NCBI GenBank assembly: GCA_045566195.1
Contig: JBJLDV010000016.1
Coordinates: forward strand, 18,386 to 82,385
DNA from: Candidatus Pelagibacter sp.
GTDB lineage: Bacteria > Pseudomonadota > Alphaproteobacteria > Pelagibacterales > Pelagibacteraceae
DNA: 64,000 nt
Reading direction: 5' to 3'
Part shown: positions 14,323 through 23,863 of the stretch, one piece after another
Position numbering within the stretch: the stretch's first letter is position 1
Layout of the letters: every line of letters starts with the position of its first letter
The notes under the pieces: generated by a model
Told to the model about the DNA's origin: nothing
Databases searched by the model: none
What the model saw: the letters and a program-made list of their open reading frames with translations, nothing else
Translations under genes and position numbers: made by a program

Positions 14323-14669
14323 ATAAGGATCTTTTCTTTAGGTATCAATTCAGACCACATTTTTTCAAGCTCATAAAATTTTCTTTTTTCTGGATTGAAA
14401 ATATGTATCACTACATCAATACCATCGATTAATTTCCAATCATTACTTTCACTTCCTTCTATTTTACAATTTTTAAGTCCATTCAATTTAAGTTTTTGTA
14501 AAACTTGCTCCGAGAGCGCCTGTATATGCCTTGAAGATGTTCCACTGGCAATAATCATATGGTCAGCAATTGAACTTTTGTTGGCTAAATCAATACTTAC
14601 AATATCAAGTGCTTTATTATTATCTAGTGTATCTAGGATTATTGTTTTTAAATCTGAAATTTTATCCAT
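14319..14669 (-). CDS. rsfS: Ribosome silencing factor (Iojap family)
   Basis: KALDIVSID, IIASGTSSRHI, WKLID, RKFYELEKMW. Confidence 0.94.
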   Translation of the reverse strand: MDKISDLKTIILDTLDNNKALDIVSIDLANKSSIADHMIIASGTSSRHIQALSEQVLQKLKLNGLKNCKIEGSESNDWKLIDGIDVVIHIFNPEKRKFYELEKMWSELIPKEKILI

Positions 14670-14686
14670 TAATTAAAAATAGACTA

Positions 14687-15211
14687 TCAAATTTCTCTTA
14701 ATTTAGAAGATGAAATATTTACCTTTTTAAAATTAATAAATTTAAGTCCTTTACCACCTAATTTTTTGTAGGATTTAGATTTTAAAGATTTTGACTTATA
14801 TTTATTTCTATCAAAAACTAGTATTTTACATATTTTTGTTATTTGCTCCCATTTTTCCCACTTGTGAAAATTAATAAGATTATCAGCACCCATTATAAAA
14901 AAAATTTCCTTTTTTTTGTGTATTTTTCTAAAAAATTTTATTAAATCAACTGTTCTGTTTGATTTTGTTTTGTCTTCATAACATGAAACTGAGATAAACT
15001 TATTTTTAATATTTATTTTTTTTGCATATTTTATTCTCTCAATTAGATTTTTAGAAGTTTTAATCTTAAACGGGTTTTTTTTAGTAACTGCCCAATAAAT
15101 TTTTTTCAGGCCAAATCTATTCTTTGCTTCTTTTGATATTGCAACATGCCCTCTATGAGCTGGATCAAAAGTTCCACCTAAAATTCCAATTTTTTCAATT
15201 TTATTTTTCAA
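14687..15211 (-). CDS. nadD: Nicotinate-nucleotide adenylyltransferase
   Basis: GGTFDPAHRGH (HxGH), IMGADNL, ISSSKLR. Confidence 0.93.
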   Translation of the reverse strand: MKNKIEKIGILGGTFDPAHRGHVAISKEAKNRFGLKKIYWAVTKKNPFKIKTSKNLIERIKYAKKINIKNKFISVSCYEDKTKSNRTVDLIKFFRKIHKKKEIFFIMGADNLINFHKWEKWEQITKICKILVFDRNKYKSKSLKSKSYKKLGGKGLKFINFKKVNISSSKLREI

Positions 15212-15213
15212 TT

Positions 15214-16464
15214 TTATTTTCTTATCTGTCCAGATCCATAAACTTCATACTTATAGGAAACTAACTGATTTAAACCTACAGGACCTCTCGGAGGTGTTTT
15301 GTTTGTTGAAATACCAACTTCTCCTCCAAATCCAAACTCTCCTCCATCTGCAAACTGAGTTGATGAATTATGAATTGCAATTGCACTTTTAACATTTTTT
15401 AGAAAATAATTCGCATCGGATCTATTTGAAGTAACTATGGCGTCTGTATGCATTGTCCCATAATAATTTATATGCTCAATAGCTTCGTTTATATTTTTTA
15501 CAACTTTAACAGATAGTTTTGGTGACAAGTATTCTTTTGACCAATCTTTCTTAGAAGCTAATTTAACTTTTCCATCGTAAATTTTTTTAATTTTATTATC
15601 AGCATAAATTTCACATCCCTCATTATTTAAATGATTTAAAATTGGATTAGTAAATTTTTTAACTATTTTTTCATGAAATAAAACTGTTTCTGTTGCTCCG
15701 CATATTGCTGTATTTCTTAATTTAGCGTTTAAAATAATTTTTTTTGCCATGTTCATATTTGCAGATTTATCGACGTAAGTATGGCAAATTCCCTCGAGAT
15801 GTCCAATAAACGGAACTGCTGATTTTTTTTGGACTTCTTTAACCAAACCTTTGCCACCTCTTGGGATAATTACATCAATGTATTCCTTCATCTTTGTAAG
15901 CATATAATTTACTACTTGCCTGTTTCTTTTTTCAATTAATTGAACATAATTAGGATCAATGTTATTTTTTATTAAAGCTTTTCTAAATAAATTAACTAAA
16001 GTTTTATTACTGTTAAAAGCCTCAGAACCACCTTTTAGAATAACAGCATTTCCAGACTTAAAACAAAGGCAAGAAACATCCGAAGTAACATTAGGCCTAC
16101 TTTCATAAATAATACCTATTACACCAATAGGTATAGTTACTTTTTTAAATCTAAGTCCATTAGGCCTTTTCCATTTCTCAATAATTTTATCCACAGGGTC
16201 TTTTAGATTGACTATTTTTTTTATTGAGTTTTCAATTTGTTTAATTTTTATTTTGTCTAAAATTAATCTTTCAATCATATTCTTTTTAAGACCTTTTTTT
16301 ATTGCAAAACTAATATCTTTTTTATTTTGTTTAATAATATTTTTTTCATTTTTTTTTATTAGAATTGCAAAATCAAGGAGGACTTTGTTTTTTTTCTTAG
16401 TATTTACTGATTTAAGAACTGCTTTTTTTGATTTTTTTCCAATGTGGTCTAAATATTTTTTCAT
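15214..16464 (-). CDS. proA: Gamma-glutamyl phosphate reductase
   Basis: GIIYESRPNVT, IPRGGKGL, ICGATET, STQFADGGEFGFGGEVGIST. Confidence 0.97.
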   Translation of the reverse strand: MKKYLDHIGKKSKKAVLKSVNTKKKNKVLLDFAILIKKNEKNIIKQNKKDISFAIKKGLKKNMIERLILDKIKIKQIENSIKKIVNLKDPVDKIIEKWKRPNGLRFKKVTIPIGVIGIIYESRPNVTSDVSCLCFKSGNAVILKGGSEAFNSNKTLVNLFRKALIKNNIDPNYVQLIEKRNRQVVNYMLTKMKEYIDVIIPRGGKGLVKEVQKKSAVPFIGHLEGICHTYVDKSANMNMAKKIILNAKLRNTAICGATETVLFHEKIVKKFTNPILNHLNNEGCEIYADNKIKKIYDGKVKLASKKDWSKEYLSPKLSVKVVKNINEAIEHINYYGTMHTDAIVTSNRSDANYFLKNVKSAIAIHNSSTQFADGGEFGFGGEVGISTNKTPPRGPVGLNQLVSYKYEVYGSGQIRK

Positions 16465-17570
16465 TAAACTTCTACCATATCATCTTTATGTACGACTTCA
16501 GATTTTGTTATATATCCTAATAAACTTTCTATTTTATCTGAATGTTTCCCTTTTATTTTAAGTATTTCTGAGGATGTGAATGAGCTTAAGCCTCTAGCAT
16601 ATTCTCTTAAGTTTTTATTTAAAATCTTTACATGATCCCCTTTATTAAATTCTCCTTTGACATCAATTATACCAGCAGCCAATAAACTTTTACCTTTTTT
16701 TAAAGCTGTGATCGCTCCTTCATCTATTATCAATTGTCCTTTTGGGGATATTGAACTTATTATCCATTTTTTTCTAGCATCAAGTTTTGAAACTTTGGGT
16801 AAAAACCAAGTACAATTATTCTTTTGCATTATTTTTTTTATTGGTCTCATATGTAGTCCATTAGCAATAGCCATAGAGCATCCAGATAGTTGACATAATT
16901 TAGCTGCGTCTATTTTAGTTTTCATGCCTCCTTTACCATAGTTGCTTACAGTTCGTGTTGCAAATTTTTCTATCTTACTATCAATATTTTTAATTTCTTT
17001 TATTAGTTTTGCATTTTTAAATACCTTTGGGTTTTTGTCGTGGAGTCCATCTACATCAGATAAAAGAACCAAAGAATCTGCACTTGATATTTGTGCAACT
17101 CTTGAAGCCAATCTGTCATTATCTCCATATTTAATTTCTGAAGTTGCGATACTATCATTTTCATTAACTATTGGCACAAAGTTCATTTGAAATAAGTTAT
17201 TTATTGTACGTTTTGCATTAATTGCTCTTCTACGCTGCTCTGTATCTTCAAGTGTAAGTAAAATTTGTGAAAAATTAATTTTTGTACTACTGGAAACTTT
17301 TTTGAATAAATTCATGAGCTCAATTTGTCCAATAGATGCAATCGCTTGGCTTTTATCTAATTTTAGTTTTTTCATATTTAATCCAAGTTTTTTACATCCT
17401 AATGCAATAGCACCTGAGCTGACTAGAATAACTTTTTTATTTTGTTTTAAGAGATCTCTTATGTCCTTCGAGAACTCAGCTAACCATTTTTTTCTAATGA
17501 TCATTTTTTCATCAATTAACAATGAGGAACCAATTTTTATTACTATTATTTGAGATTTTTTAAGATACAT
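16464..17570 (-). CDS. proB: Glutamate 5-kinase with PUA domain
   Basis: KIGSSL, VSSGAI, NENDS, GDNDRLA, GGMKTK. Confidence 0.97.
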   Translation of the reverse strand: MYLKKSQIIVIKIGSSLLIDEKMIIRKKWLAEFSKDIRDLLKQNKKVILVSSGAIALGCKKLGLNMKKLKLDKSQAIASIGQIELMNLFKKVSSSTKINFSQILLTLEDTEQRRRAINAKRTINNLFQMNFVPIVNENDSIATSEIKYGDNDRLASRVAQISSADSLVLLSDVDGLHDKNPKVFKNAKLIKEIKNIDSKIEKFATRTVSNYGKGGMKTKIDAAKLCQLSGCSMAIANGLHMRPIKKIMQKNNCTWFLPKVSKLDARKKWIISSISPKGQLIIDEGAITALKKGKSLLAAGIIDVKGEFNKGDHVKILNKNLREYARGLSSFTSSEILKIKGKHSDKIESLLGYITKSEVVHKDDMVEV

Positions 17571-18543
17571 ATTTTAATAATTTTGATTTTATTACAGAAA
17601 TAAGCTTTTTGTCTAATGTTGATATAGATAAAACTTTTCTTTTTACTTTCTTTTCAAATTCTTTTACTTTTTTATTTAAACTATCATTATCAATTAAATC
17701 AACTTTATTAAAAACTATTAGTTCATCTTTTTTTACTAGTTCGTTACTATATTTTTTTAATTCGTTTCTAATTTGTCTATAATTTTTAACTAAGTTATCT
17801 TCACTCACATCAATTAAATGAAGGAGAGTTTTACATCTTTCTATATGTTTAAGAAATTTCATTCCAAGACCGACACCAATATGCGCTCCCTCTATTAATC
17901 CAGGAATATCTGCAAGGGTAATTTCTTTATCATCGTATAATGCAACACCTAAATTTGGATTTAATGTTGTAAATTTATAATTTGCTATTTTTGGAGTTGC
18001 ACTTGTTATTGAAGCAAGTAAACTAGATTTTCCAGCATTGGGCATTCCAATTATCCCAATGTCAGCAATTGTTTTAAGCTGAAGCCATATCCAAAAATCT
18101 TCTCCCTTAGTACCTTTTGTAAATTTTCTAGGCGCTCTATTAGTAGATGATTTAAACCTTGTGTTTCCAAATCCTCCTCTTCCTCCATTAGCTACAACAA
18201 ATTCTTCATTCTGTTTTTTAAAATCATAAATCAATGTTTTATTATCTTCCTCAAAGACTTGAGTTCCTAGGGGAACTTTTAAAAATAAATTTTCACCACC
18301 TTTACCAGTTTGTTTTTTACCTTTTCCATCACCACCTCTTTTTGCTTTAAAATGTTGCTGATAACGATAATCAATTAACGTATTTAAATTTCTCTCAGAT
18401 TTTAAAATTATAGATCCACCTTTTCCACCATCTCCACCATCAGGCCCACCAAATTCAATAAATTTTTCTCTTCTAAAACTTGGAGATCCGGATCCTCCAT
18501 CTCCAGCTTTTATATATATCTTAACTTGATCTAAAAATTTCAT
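17560..18543 (-). CDS. obgE: GTPase ObgE/CgtA
   Basis: Gly-rich Obg domain, GMPNAGKS, DIPG, NKVD. Confidence 0.98.
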   Translation of the reverse strand: MKFLDQVKIYIKAGDGGSGSPSFRREKFIEFGGPDGGDGGKGGSIILKSERNLNTLIDYRYQQHFKAKRGGDGKGKKQTGKGGENLFLKVPLGTQVFEEDNKTLIYDFKKQNEEFVVANGGRGGFGNTRFKSSTNRAPRKFTKGTKGEDFWIWLQLKTIADIGIIGMPNAGKSSLLASITSATPKIANYKFTTLNPNLGVALYDDKEITLADIPGLIEGAHIGVGLGMKFLKHIERCKTLLHLIDVSEDNLVKNYRQIRNELKKYSNELVKKDELIVFNKVDLIDNDSLNKKVKEFEKKVKRKVLSISTLDKKLISVIKSKLLKYVS

Positions 18544-18577
18544 GATACAACGTCTTTTAAGTTAAATGTTGTATTGA

Positions 18578-18832
18578 TTAATTGGGTTTTACAGAAACAA
18601 AAGTTCTATCAGATTTGCTCTTTTTAAACTTAACAGTTCCTTTTATTTTTGAAAATATTGAATGATCTTTGCCCATCCCAACATGCTCGCCTGGAAAAAT
18701 TTTTGTTCCTCTTTGTCTAACAATTATATTCCCAGGAATTACTTGTTGGCCACCGTATTTTTTAACACCCAATCTTCTACCAGCACTATCTCTACCATTT
18801 CTCGATGATCCACCTGCTTTTTTTGTTGCCAT
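18578..18832 (-). CDS. rpmA: 50S ribosomal protein L27
   Basis: [26 protein letters not shown]. Confidence 0.98.
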   Translation of the reverse strand: MATKKAGGSSRNGRDSAGRRLGVKKYGGQQVIPGNIIVRQRGTKIFPGEHVGMGKDHSIFSKIKGTVKFKKSKSDRTFVSVKPN

Positions 18833-18843
18833 AAATTACCTGG

Positions 18844-19245
18844 TTATTTTGTTTTTGGTTCTTTAGTTACTTCTTTCTTTTTAATTTCTTTAATTTTTTC
18901 TTCAGCTTCAGAAAATATCTTTCCATCTTTAGAAAAAATTTTATTTATCTTTATTAACGAAAATTCTTGTCTATGACCATTTTTTCTTCTTGAATTTTTT
19001 CTTCTTCTTTTTTTAAAAATTAAAATAGTTCTATTTTTTCCATTTTTTACTAAGTTAGCCTCAACTTTTGCTCCATCAATTTTTGGGGACCCTACTTCGG
19101 CAATTTTATCATCACCATAAGCCAGGATTTCTTTAAACTCTATTTTCGAATTAGCGTCTACTTTTTCTAACTTTTCAATTTTAAGAATTTCTCCAGTTTT
19201 AACTTTATACTGTTTTCCACCTGTTTGTATTACTGCAAAAGACAT
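18844..19245 (-). CDS. rplU: 50S ribosomal protein L21 with charged C-terminal extension
   Basis: FAVIQTGGKQYKV, KKRRRKNSRRKNGHRQ. Confidence 0.97.
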   Translation of the reverse strand: MSFAVIQTGGKQYKVKTGEILKIEKLEKVDANSKIEFKEILAYGDDKIAEVGSPKIDGAKVEANLVKNGKNRTILIFKKRRRKNSRRKNGHRQEFSLIKINKIFSKDGKIFSEAEEKIKEIKKKEVTKEPKTK

Positions 19246-19310
19246 TTTTATTACCTAATTTTTATATTCAGCAATATAGTTCCAGACCTATTTTAGTCAA
19301 GATCAATAAA

Positions 19311-20027
19311 CTAGAAATTATCCTTTAAATCTCTAAGTTTTGAAAATTCTTCAATAGATTTAGCTCTCAAGAAAATATTACAAGCTAACTCATCTTTAAT
19401 TGTAGTTGGGACGGTTGGTTCTTTTTTTTTTAGCTTTTTTTCTATTTCAAATATTTTATTTTTTAAATTAATATTCTTACTGTCATATTCAATACAAAAT
19501 AGAGAATTATTAAGGGTGTACTCGTGACCACAATAGACTTTGGTGTTTTCAGGAAGGTTTTTTAATTTTTTTAAAGATTCATACATTTCCTCATATGTTC
19601 CTTCAAATATCCTTCCACAACCTAGAGAGAAAAGCGTATCTCCAGAAAATAAAAATTTGTTTTCATAAAAATGAAAAGCAATATGGCCAGATGTGTGTCC
19701 TGGAATAAATATAATTTTTGCTTTGAATTCTCCAGATTCCCATATTTCATTATCTGTCAAGAAAATATCTATACCTGGAATTCTATCTTTATCATTTTTA
19801 TAGCCTAAAATTTTTGCTGAATATTTATTTTTTAAATCATTATTACCACCTACATGATCAAAATGATGGTGAGTATTTAATATAAATTTTAAATTAAGCT
19901 TTTTACTTTCAATAATCTCTATGATTGGTTTTGCTTCACTTGGATCGACAACCAAAGCATTTTTATTTGAGTCTATAACTAAATAAGAATAATTATCTGT
20001 TAAACATTTAATAATTTCAATATTCAT
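19311..20027 (-). CDS. gloB: Hydroxyacylglutathione hydrolase (glyoxalase II)
   Basis: THHHFDHVGG, PGHTSGH, GDTLFSLGCGR, CGHEYT. Confidence 0.96.
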   Translation of the reverse strand: MNIEIIKCLTDNYSYLVIDSNKNALVVDPSEAKPIIEIIESKKLNLKFILNTHHHFDHVGGNNDLKNKYSAKILGYKNDKDRIPGIDIFLTDNEIWESGEFKAKIIFIPGHTSGHIAFHFYENKFLFSGDTLFSLGCGRIFEGTYEEMYESLKKLKNLPENTKVYCGHEYTLNNSLFCIEYDSKNINLKNKIFEIEKKLKKKEPTVPTTIKDELACNIFLRAKSIEEFSKLRDLKDNF

Positions 20028-20582
20028 TTATTTTTCTATAATAAAAATACCCAGTTCTGAAAAAAAATTTACATAATTTAAGTTTGGGCAATTTATCTTT
20101 ATTTTTTTTTTATCACAATAATTTACAAAATCCTTGATCGTACACATATGTAAATTAGGGGTATTATACCATTCATTAGGTAGATTTTTCGTAATTGGCA
20201 TTGTGCCTTTGAACAAAAGATTTAATCTAACTTTCCAATGACCAAAGTTTGGTATAGATACAATAGCTTTTTTGCCAACTCTTAATAATTCATTCATTAC
20301 TTTTTCAGGATCTAAGAATGCTTGAAGAGTTTGGCTTAATATAACAAAATCATAAGATGAACTTGGAAATTGTTTAAGATCCTTTTCTGCATCTCCTTCA
20401 ATAACTGTAAGACCTTTTGCAATACACTTTTGAATATTAGCTTTAGAAATCTCAAGGCCTCTTACATTTTCAGTTATATTTTCAGTTATGTATTTCATCA
20501 ATTCTCCATCACCACAACCAACATCTAAGACTCTTGAATTTTCTTTTAATAGCTTTGCAATTGTAAAAAATTCTTTTTTCAT
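20028..20582 (-). CDS. metW: Methionine biosynthesis protein MetW
   Basis: VLDVGCGDG, LSQTLQA, PNFGHWKVR, WYNTPNLH; ATGA overlap with metX. Confidence 0.94.
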   Translation of the reverse strand: MKKEFFTIAKLLKENSRVLDVGCGDGELMKYITENITENVRGLEISKANIQKCIAKGLTVIEGDAEKDLKQFPSSSYDFVILSQTLQAFLDPEKVMNELLRVGKKAIVSIPNFGHWKVRLNLLFKGTMPITKNLPNEWYNTPNLHMCTIKDFVNYCDKKKIKINCPNLNYVNFFSELGIFIIEK

Positions 20583-21700
20583 TTTATTTTTTTATATGAG
20601 GTTTCTAAATAATTTTTTACTGCATTAAGAAAATCTGGGATATCTAATAAAAAGGAGTCATGCCCCTTATCTGAATTAATCTCCACAAATCCTACATTTT
20701 TTCCAATTGCATTCAAAGCAATTACAATCTCTCTATTTTCTGGAGTTGGGTAAAGCCAATCTGAGGTAAAAGAAATTATAAAAAATTTAGAACTTGTTTT
20801 TTCAAATGCCTTAGATAAGTTGCCATTGAACTGTTTTGTTAAATCAAAATAATCCATTGCTCTAGTAATATATAAATAACTATTAGCATCAAATCTATCA
20901 ACAAAAACAGAACCTTGATATCTTAAGTAACTTTCAATTTGAAAATCTGCATCAAAACCAAATTTTAAATCATCTCTTTCTTGAAGTTTTCGTCCAAACT
21001 TTTCTTGTAATCCTTTTTTTGATAAATAGGTTATATGTGCTGCCATTCGTGCTACAGCCAGTCCTTTATCAGGGTTTTTTTTGTTTTCTGCATAGAAACC
21101 TTCCATCCAATTATGATCTGCCATAATCGATTGCCTACCCAATTCATTTAAGGCAATATTTTGAGCTGAATGACTTGCAGTACAAGCTATTGGTATTACC
21201 GTATGAGATTTATCAGGAAAGTTTGATATAAATTGTAGAACTTGCATTCCACCCATTGAACCACCAATTACAGAAAACAATTTTTTAATATTAAAATATT
21301 CTAAAAGATTATATTGAGCATTTACCATATCATTTATTGTTATTACCGGAAAATTAGTTCCAAATGGTTTTCCTGTTGAATTATCTAAATGACTAGGTCC
21401 ATATGAACCCATACATCCACCGATTACATTTGCACAAATAACAAAAAACTTGTTTGTGTCTATTGCTTTATCAGGTCCAAGTGCATAGCTCCACCACCCC
21501 TCTTTATTAGTAATTGGATTTTTTCCAGATGCAAATTGATCACCAGTTAATGCATGAAAAACTAAAATTGCATTATCTTTTTTTTCATTCAATTTACCAT
21601 ATGTCTCATATGCTAATGGAAAATTTTGTATTGTCTTTCCACAGTCAAGCTTTAGTGGTTTTTCAATAACTATTTTTTTTATCTTATCAATTTTATTCAT
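20579..21700 (-). CDS. metX: Homoserine O-acyltransferase (MetX family)
   Basis: HALTGD, GGSMGGMQ nucleophile, LAVARM, RFDANSY, SDWLYP, GHDSFL. Confidence 0.96.
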   Translation of the reverse strand: MNKIDKIKKIVIEKPLKLDCGKTIQNFPLAYETYGKLNEKKDNAILVFHALTGDQFASGKNPITNKEGWWSYALGPDKAIDTNKFFVICANVIGGCMGSYGPSHLDNSTGKPFGTNFPVITINDMVNAQYNLLEYFNIKKLFSVIGGSMGGMQVLQFISNFPDKSHTVIPIACTASHSAQNIALNELGRQSIMADHNWMEGFYAENKKNPDKGLAVARMAAHITYLSKKGLQEKFGRKLQERDDLKFGFDADFQIESYLRYQGSVFVDRFDANSYLYITRAMDYFDLTKQFNGNLSKAFEKTSSKFFIISFTSDWLYPTPENREIVIALNAIGKNVGFVEINSDKGHDSFLLDIPDFLNAVKNYLETSYKKIK

Positions 21701-21734
21701 TTTTTTTTAAGCTGAGAATTGAGAGATCAAAAAA

Positions 21735-21787
21735 AACTTATTTAGCGGTTTTTTTATCGCGCTCGCAATTCAGTTAAATCAGCGCTC
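21735..21787 (-). ncRNA. SAM-II riboswitch aptamer upstream of metX
   Basis: Minus strand GCGCUGAUUUAACUGAAUUGCGAGCGCGAUAAAAAAACCGCUAAAUAAGUU matches the SAM-II pattern: P1 GCGCU/AGCGC, GAUUU loop, UUGC with GCUAA, AACU/AGUU; GC-rich island upstream of a Met gene. Confidence 0.92.
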
Positions 21788-21791
21788 TTTT

Positions 21792-21820
21792 TATGTACTA
21801 AATGATTTTTATTATGTCAA
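21792..21820 (-). promoter_or_regulatory. Putative sigma70 promoter of metX
   Basis: TTGACA-17 nt-TACATA, which places the transcription start at the 5' end of the riboswitch. Confidence 0.65.
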
Positions 21821-21890
21821 TTTTAAAAAAAATACAGCTAATTTTGCTATTAAATTTTATTAATTTATTTATAAGATTGAGGTTAAAATT

Positions 21891-22964
21891 ATGAATCAAC
21901 TAAAATTCAGAAAAATAAATATAGATACCTACAAACCTGGAAAATCAAAGTTAGGTAATATTAAAAATTTAATTAAACTTTCTGCAAATGAGTCTGCGTT
22001 AGGATTTAGTTCTAAAGTAAAAAATATAAAAAATAATAAAATTAAAATAGACAAATATCCAGATAGTAAGTGTAAAATTTTGAGAAAACAAATTTCAAAA
22101 ACTTATAAATGCAATTTAGATAAGATAATTTGTGGAGCTGGTTCTGATGAAATTATACAAATGCTGTGTCAGCTATTCCTTACTAAAAATGATGAGGTAG
22201 TTCTTCCTGAGTATAGTTTTTTAATGTATAGGATATATTCGAAAATTGTTGGAGCAAAGGTAGTATTTGCTAAGGAAGAAAATTTTAAAATTTCAGTAAA
22301 AAATATTATTTCTAAAATAACAAATAAAACTAAAATGGTATTTATTGCAAATCCAAACAATCCAACAGGAACATATTTAAGCACAAAAGAAGTTAAGACT
22401 TTAAGAAAAAAATTAAATAAAAATATTTTATTAGTAATCGATGATGCTTATTTTGAATATATGAAAAAAAAAGATTACCAAAGTGGGTTGGACATATTTA
22501 AAAATGCAAAAAATGTATTTATATTAAGAACATTTTCAAAAATCTATGGACTTGCATCACTTAGAGTTGGATGGGGTTATGGTCCAAAAAATATTATAAA
22601 CGAACTTTATAAAATAAAACCACCGTTTAATGTCAATAAGTTAGCACAAGTTTATGCAACAGAGTCATTAAAAGATAAAAATTTTGTAAACAGATCAGTA
22701 AAACATAATCAATATTGGTCAAGGAAATTTAAAAATTTTTTTGATAAAAAGAATATAATTTCAAATGAAACAAGTGCTAATTTTTTTCTACTTAATTTTG
22801 ATTTTTGCAAACTATCTGCTAATTATGTTTTAAAAAAACTTGAAAAAAAAGGTATTATTCTAAGAAGTATGGAAAGCTATAAAATGAAAAATAAACTAAG
22901 AGTTACAATTGGATCAAGTAAAGAGAATAATAAATTTATCAAAAATCTTGATCATATATTATAA
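21891..22964 (+). CDS. hisC: Histidinol-phosphate aminotransferase
   Basis: KLSANES, GSDEII, ANPNNPTG, DDAYFEY, RTFSKIYGLASLRVG. Confidence 0.95.
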   Translation: MNQLKFRKINIDTYKPGKSKLGNIKNLIKLSANESALGFSSKVKNIKNNKIKIDKYPDSKCKILRKQISKTYKCNLDKIICGAGSDEIIQMLCQLFLTKNDEVVLPEYSFLMYRIYSKIVGAKVVFAKEENFKISVKNIISKITNKTKMVFIANPNNPTGTYLSTKEVKTLRKKLNKNILLVIDDAYFEYMKKKDYQSGLDIFKNAKNVFILRTFSKIYGLASLRVGWGYGPKNIINELYKIKPPFNVNKLAQVYATESLKDKNFVNRSVKHNQYWSRKFKNFFDKKNIISNETSANFFLLNFDFCKLSANYVLKKLEKKGIILRSMESYKMKNKLRVTIGSSKENNKFIKNLDHIL

Positions 22965-23863
22965 TGATAAATAACCTTTTAATAATTGGATGTGGATTAA
23001 TTGGCTCATCAATACTTAGAGCCTGCTCAAAAAAAAAAGTTGTAAAAAATATTTTTGTTAAAGAAAAATCAAAATTAAATATTAAGAAATTAAAACGATT
23101 AAAAAACAAATTTACAATTGTGAATGATTTAGAGCAAATCATTCCAAAAATGGACTTAGTTATAATTTGTACTCATATGTCAGAATATGAAAAAATTATT
23201 TCATCTATAAGTAAATATTTAAATGCGAAAACTATTCTTACTGATGTTGCCTCATCTAAAGAGAAAATTATAAAAATTTCTAATAAGAAATTAAAAAAAG
23301 GAATTTCATGGATTTCAAGTCATCCAATATCAGGATCAGAAGTGAGTGGACCAGAGCACGGTAGTGAAAATCTTTTTAATAATAAGTGGTGTATTTTAAT
23401 AAAAGAAAAAAAAACTAATATTAAAAATTTAAAAATGTTATCCAAATTCTGGAAAAGGCTTGGTTCAAAAATTGTTATCATGGATGCGAAAAAACATGAT
23501 TTAATATTTTCTTTAACTAGTCATTTACCTCATTTAATCGCATATAATTTAATAAAAACAGCCACAGATTTTGAAAAAAGAAGAAAATACAACTTAATTA
23601 ATTTTAGCGCAGGAGGTCTTAGAGACTTTTCAAGAATAGCAGCTTCTAATGAGATAATGTGGAGGGATATTTTTTTTAGTAATAATAATAATCTTTCTAG
23701 AGTTATTGATTTATTTATTTCAAATCTTAAATCTTTTAAAAAAGATATTCTTAAAAATAATAATAAAGTTGTTTTAAGAAAATTAAAGGATGCAAAAAAA
23801 GTACGTAAAAAAATTATTAAAATAAAACAAGATATCAACAAACCTGATTTTGGAAGAAATTAA
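22964..23863 (+). CDS. tyrA: Prephenate/arogenate (cyclohexadienyl) dehydrogenase
   Basis: IGCGLIGSS, HPISGSE, HD...SHLPHL, GGLRDFSRIAAS...MWRDI. Confidence 0.93.
   Translation: MINNLLIIGCGLIGSSILRACSKKKVVKNIFVKEKSKLNIKKLKRLKNKFTIVNDLEQIIPKMDLVIICTHMSEYEKIISSISKYLNAKTILTDVASSKEKIIKISNKKLKKGISWISSHPISGSEVSGPEHGSENLFNNKWCILIKEKKTNIKNLKMLSKFWKRLGSKIVIMDAKKHDLIFSLTSHLPHLIAYNLIKTATDFEKRRKYNLINFSAGGLRDFSRIAASNEIMWRDIFFSNNNNLSRVIDLFISNLKSFKKDILKNNNKVVLRKLKDAKKVRKKIIKIKQDINKPDFGRN

Noticed and set aside
21701-21735. A second, tandem SAM-V aptamer between SAM-II and metX
   Set aside because: Only about 35 nt are available and there is no second pseudoknot pattern; the segment is better explained as an anti-aptamer strand.
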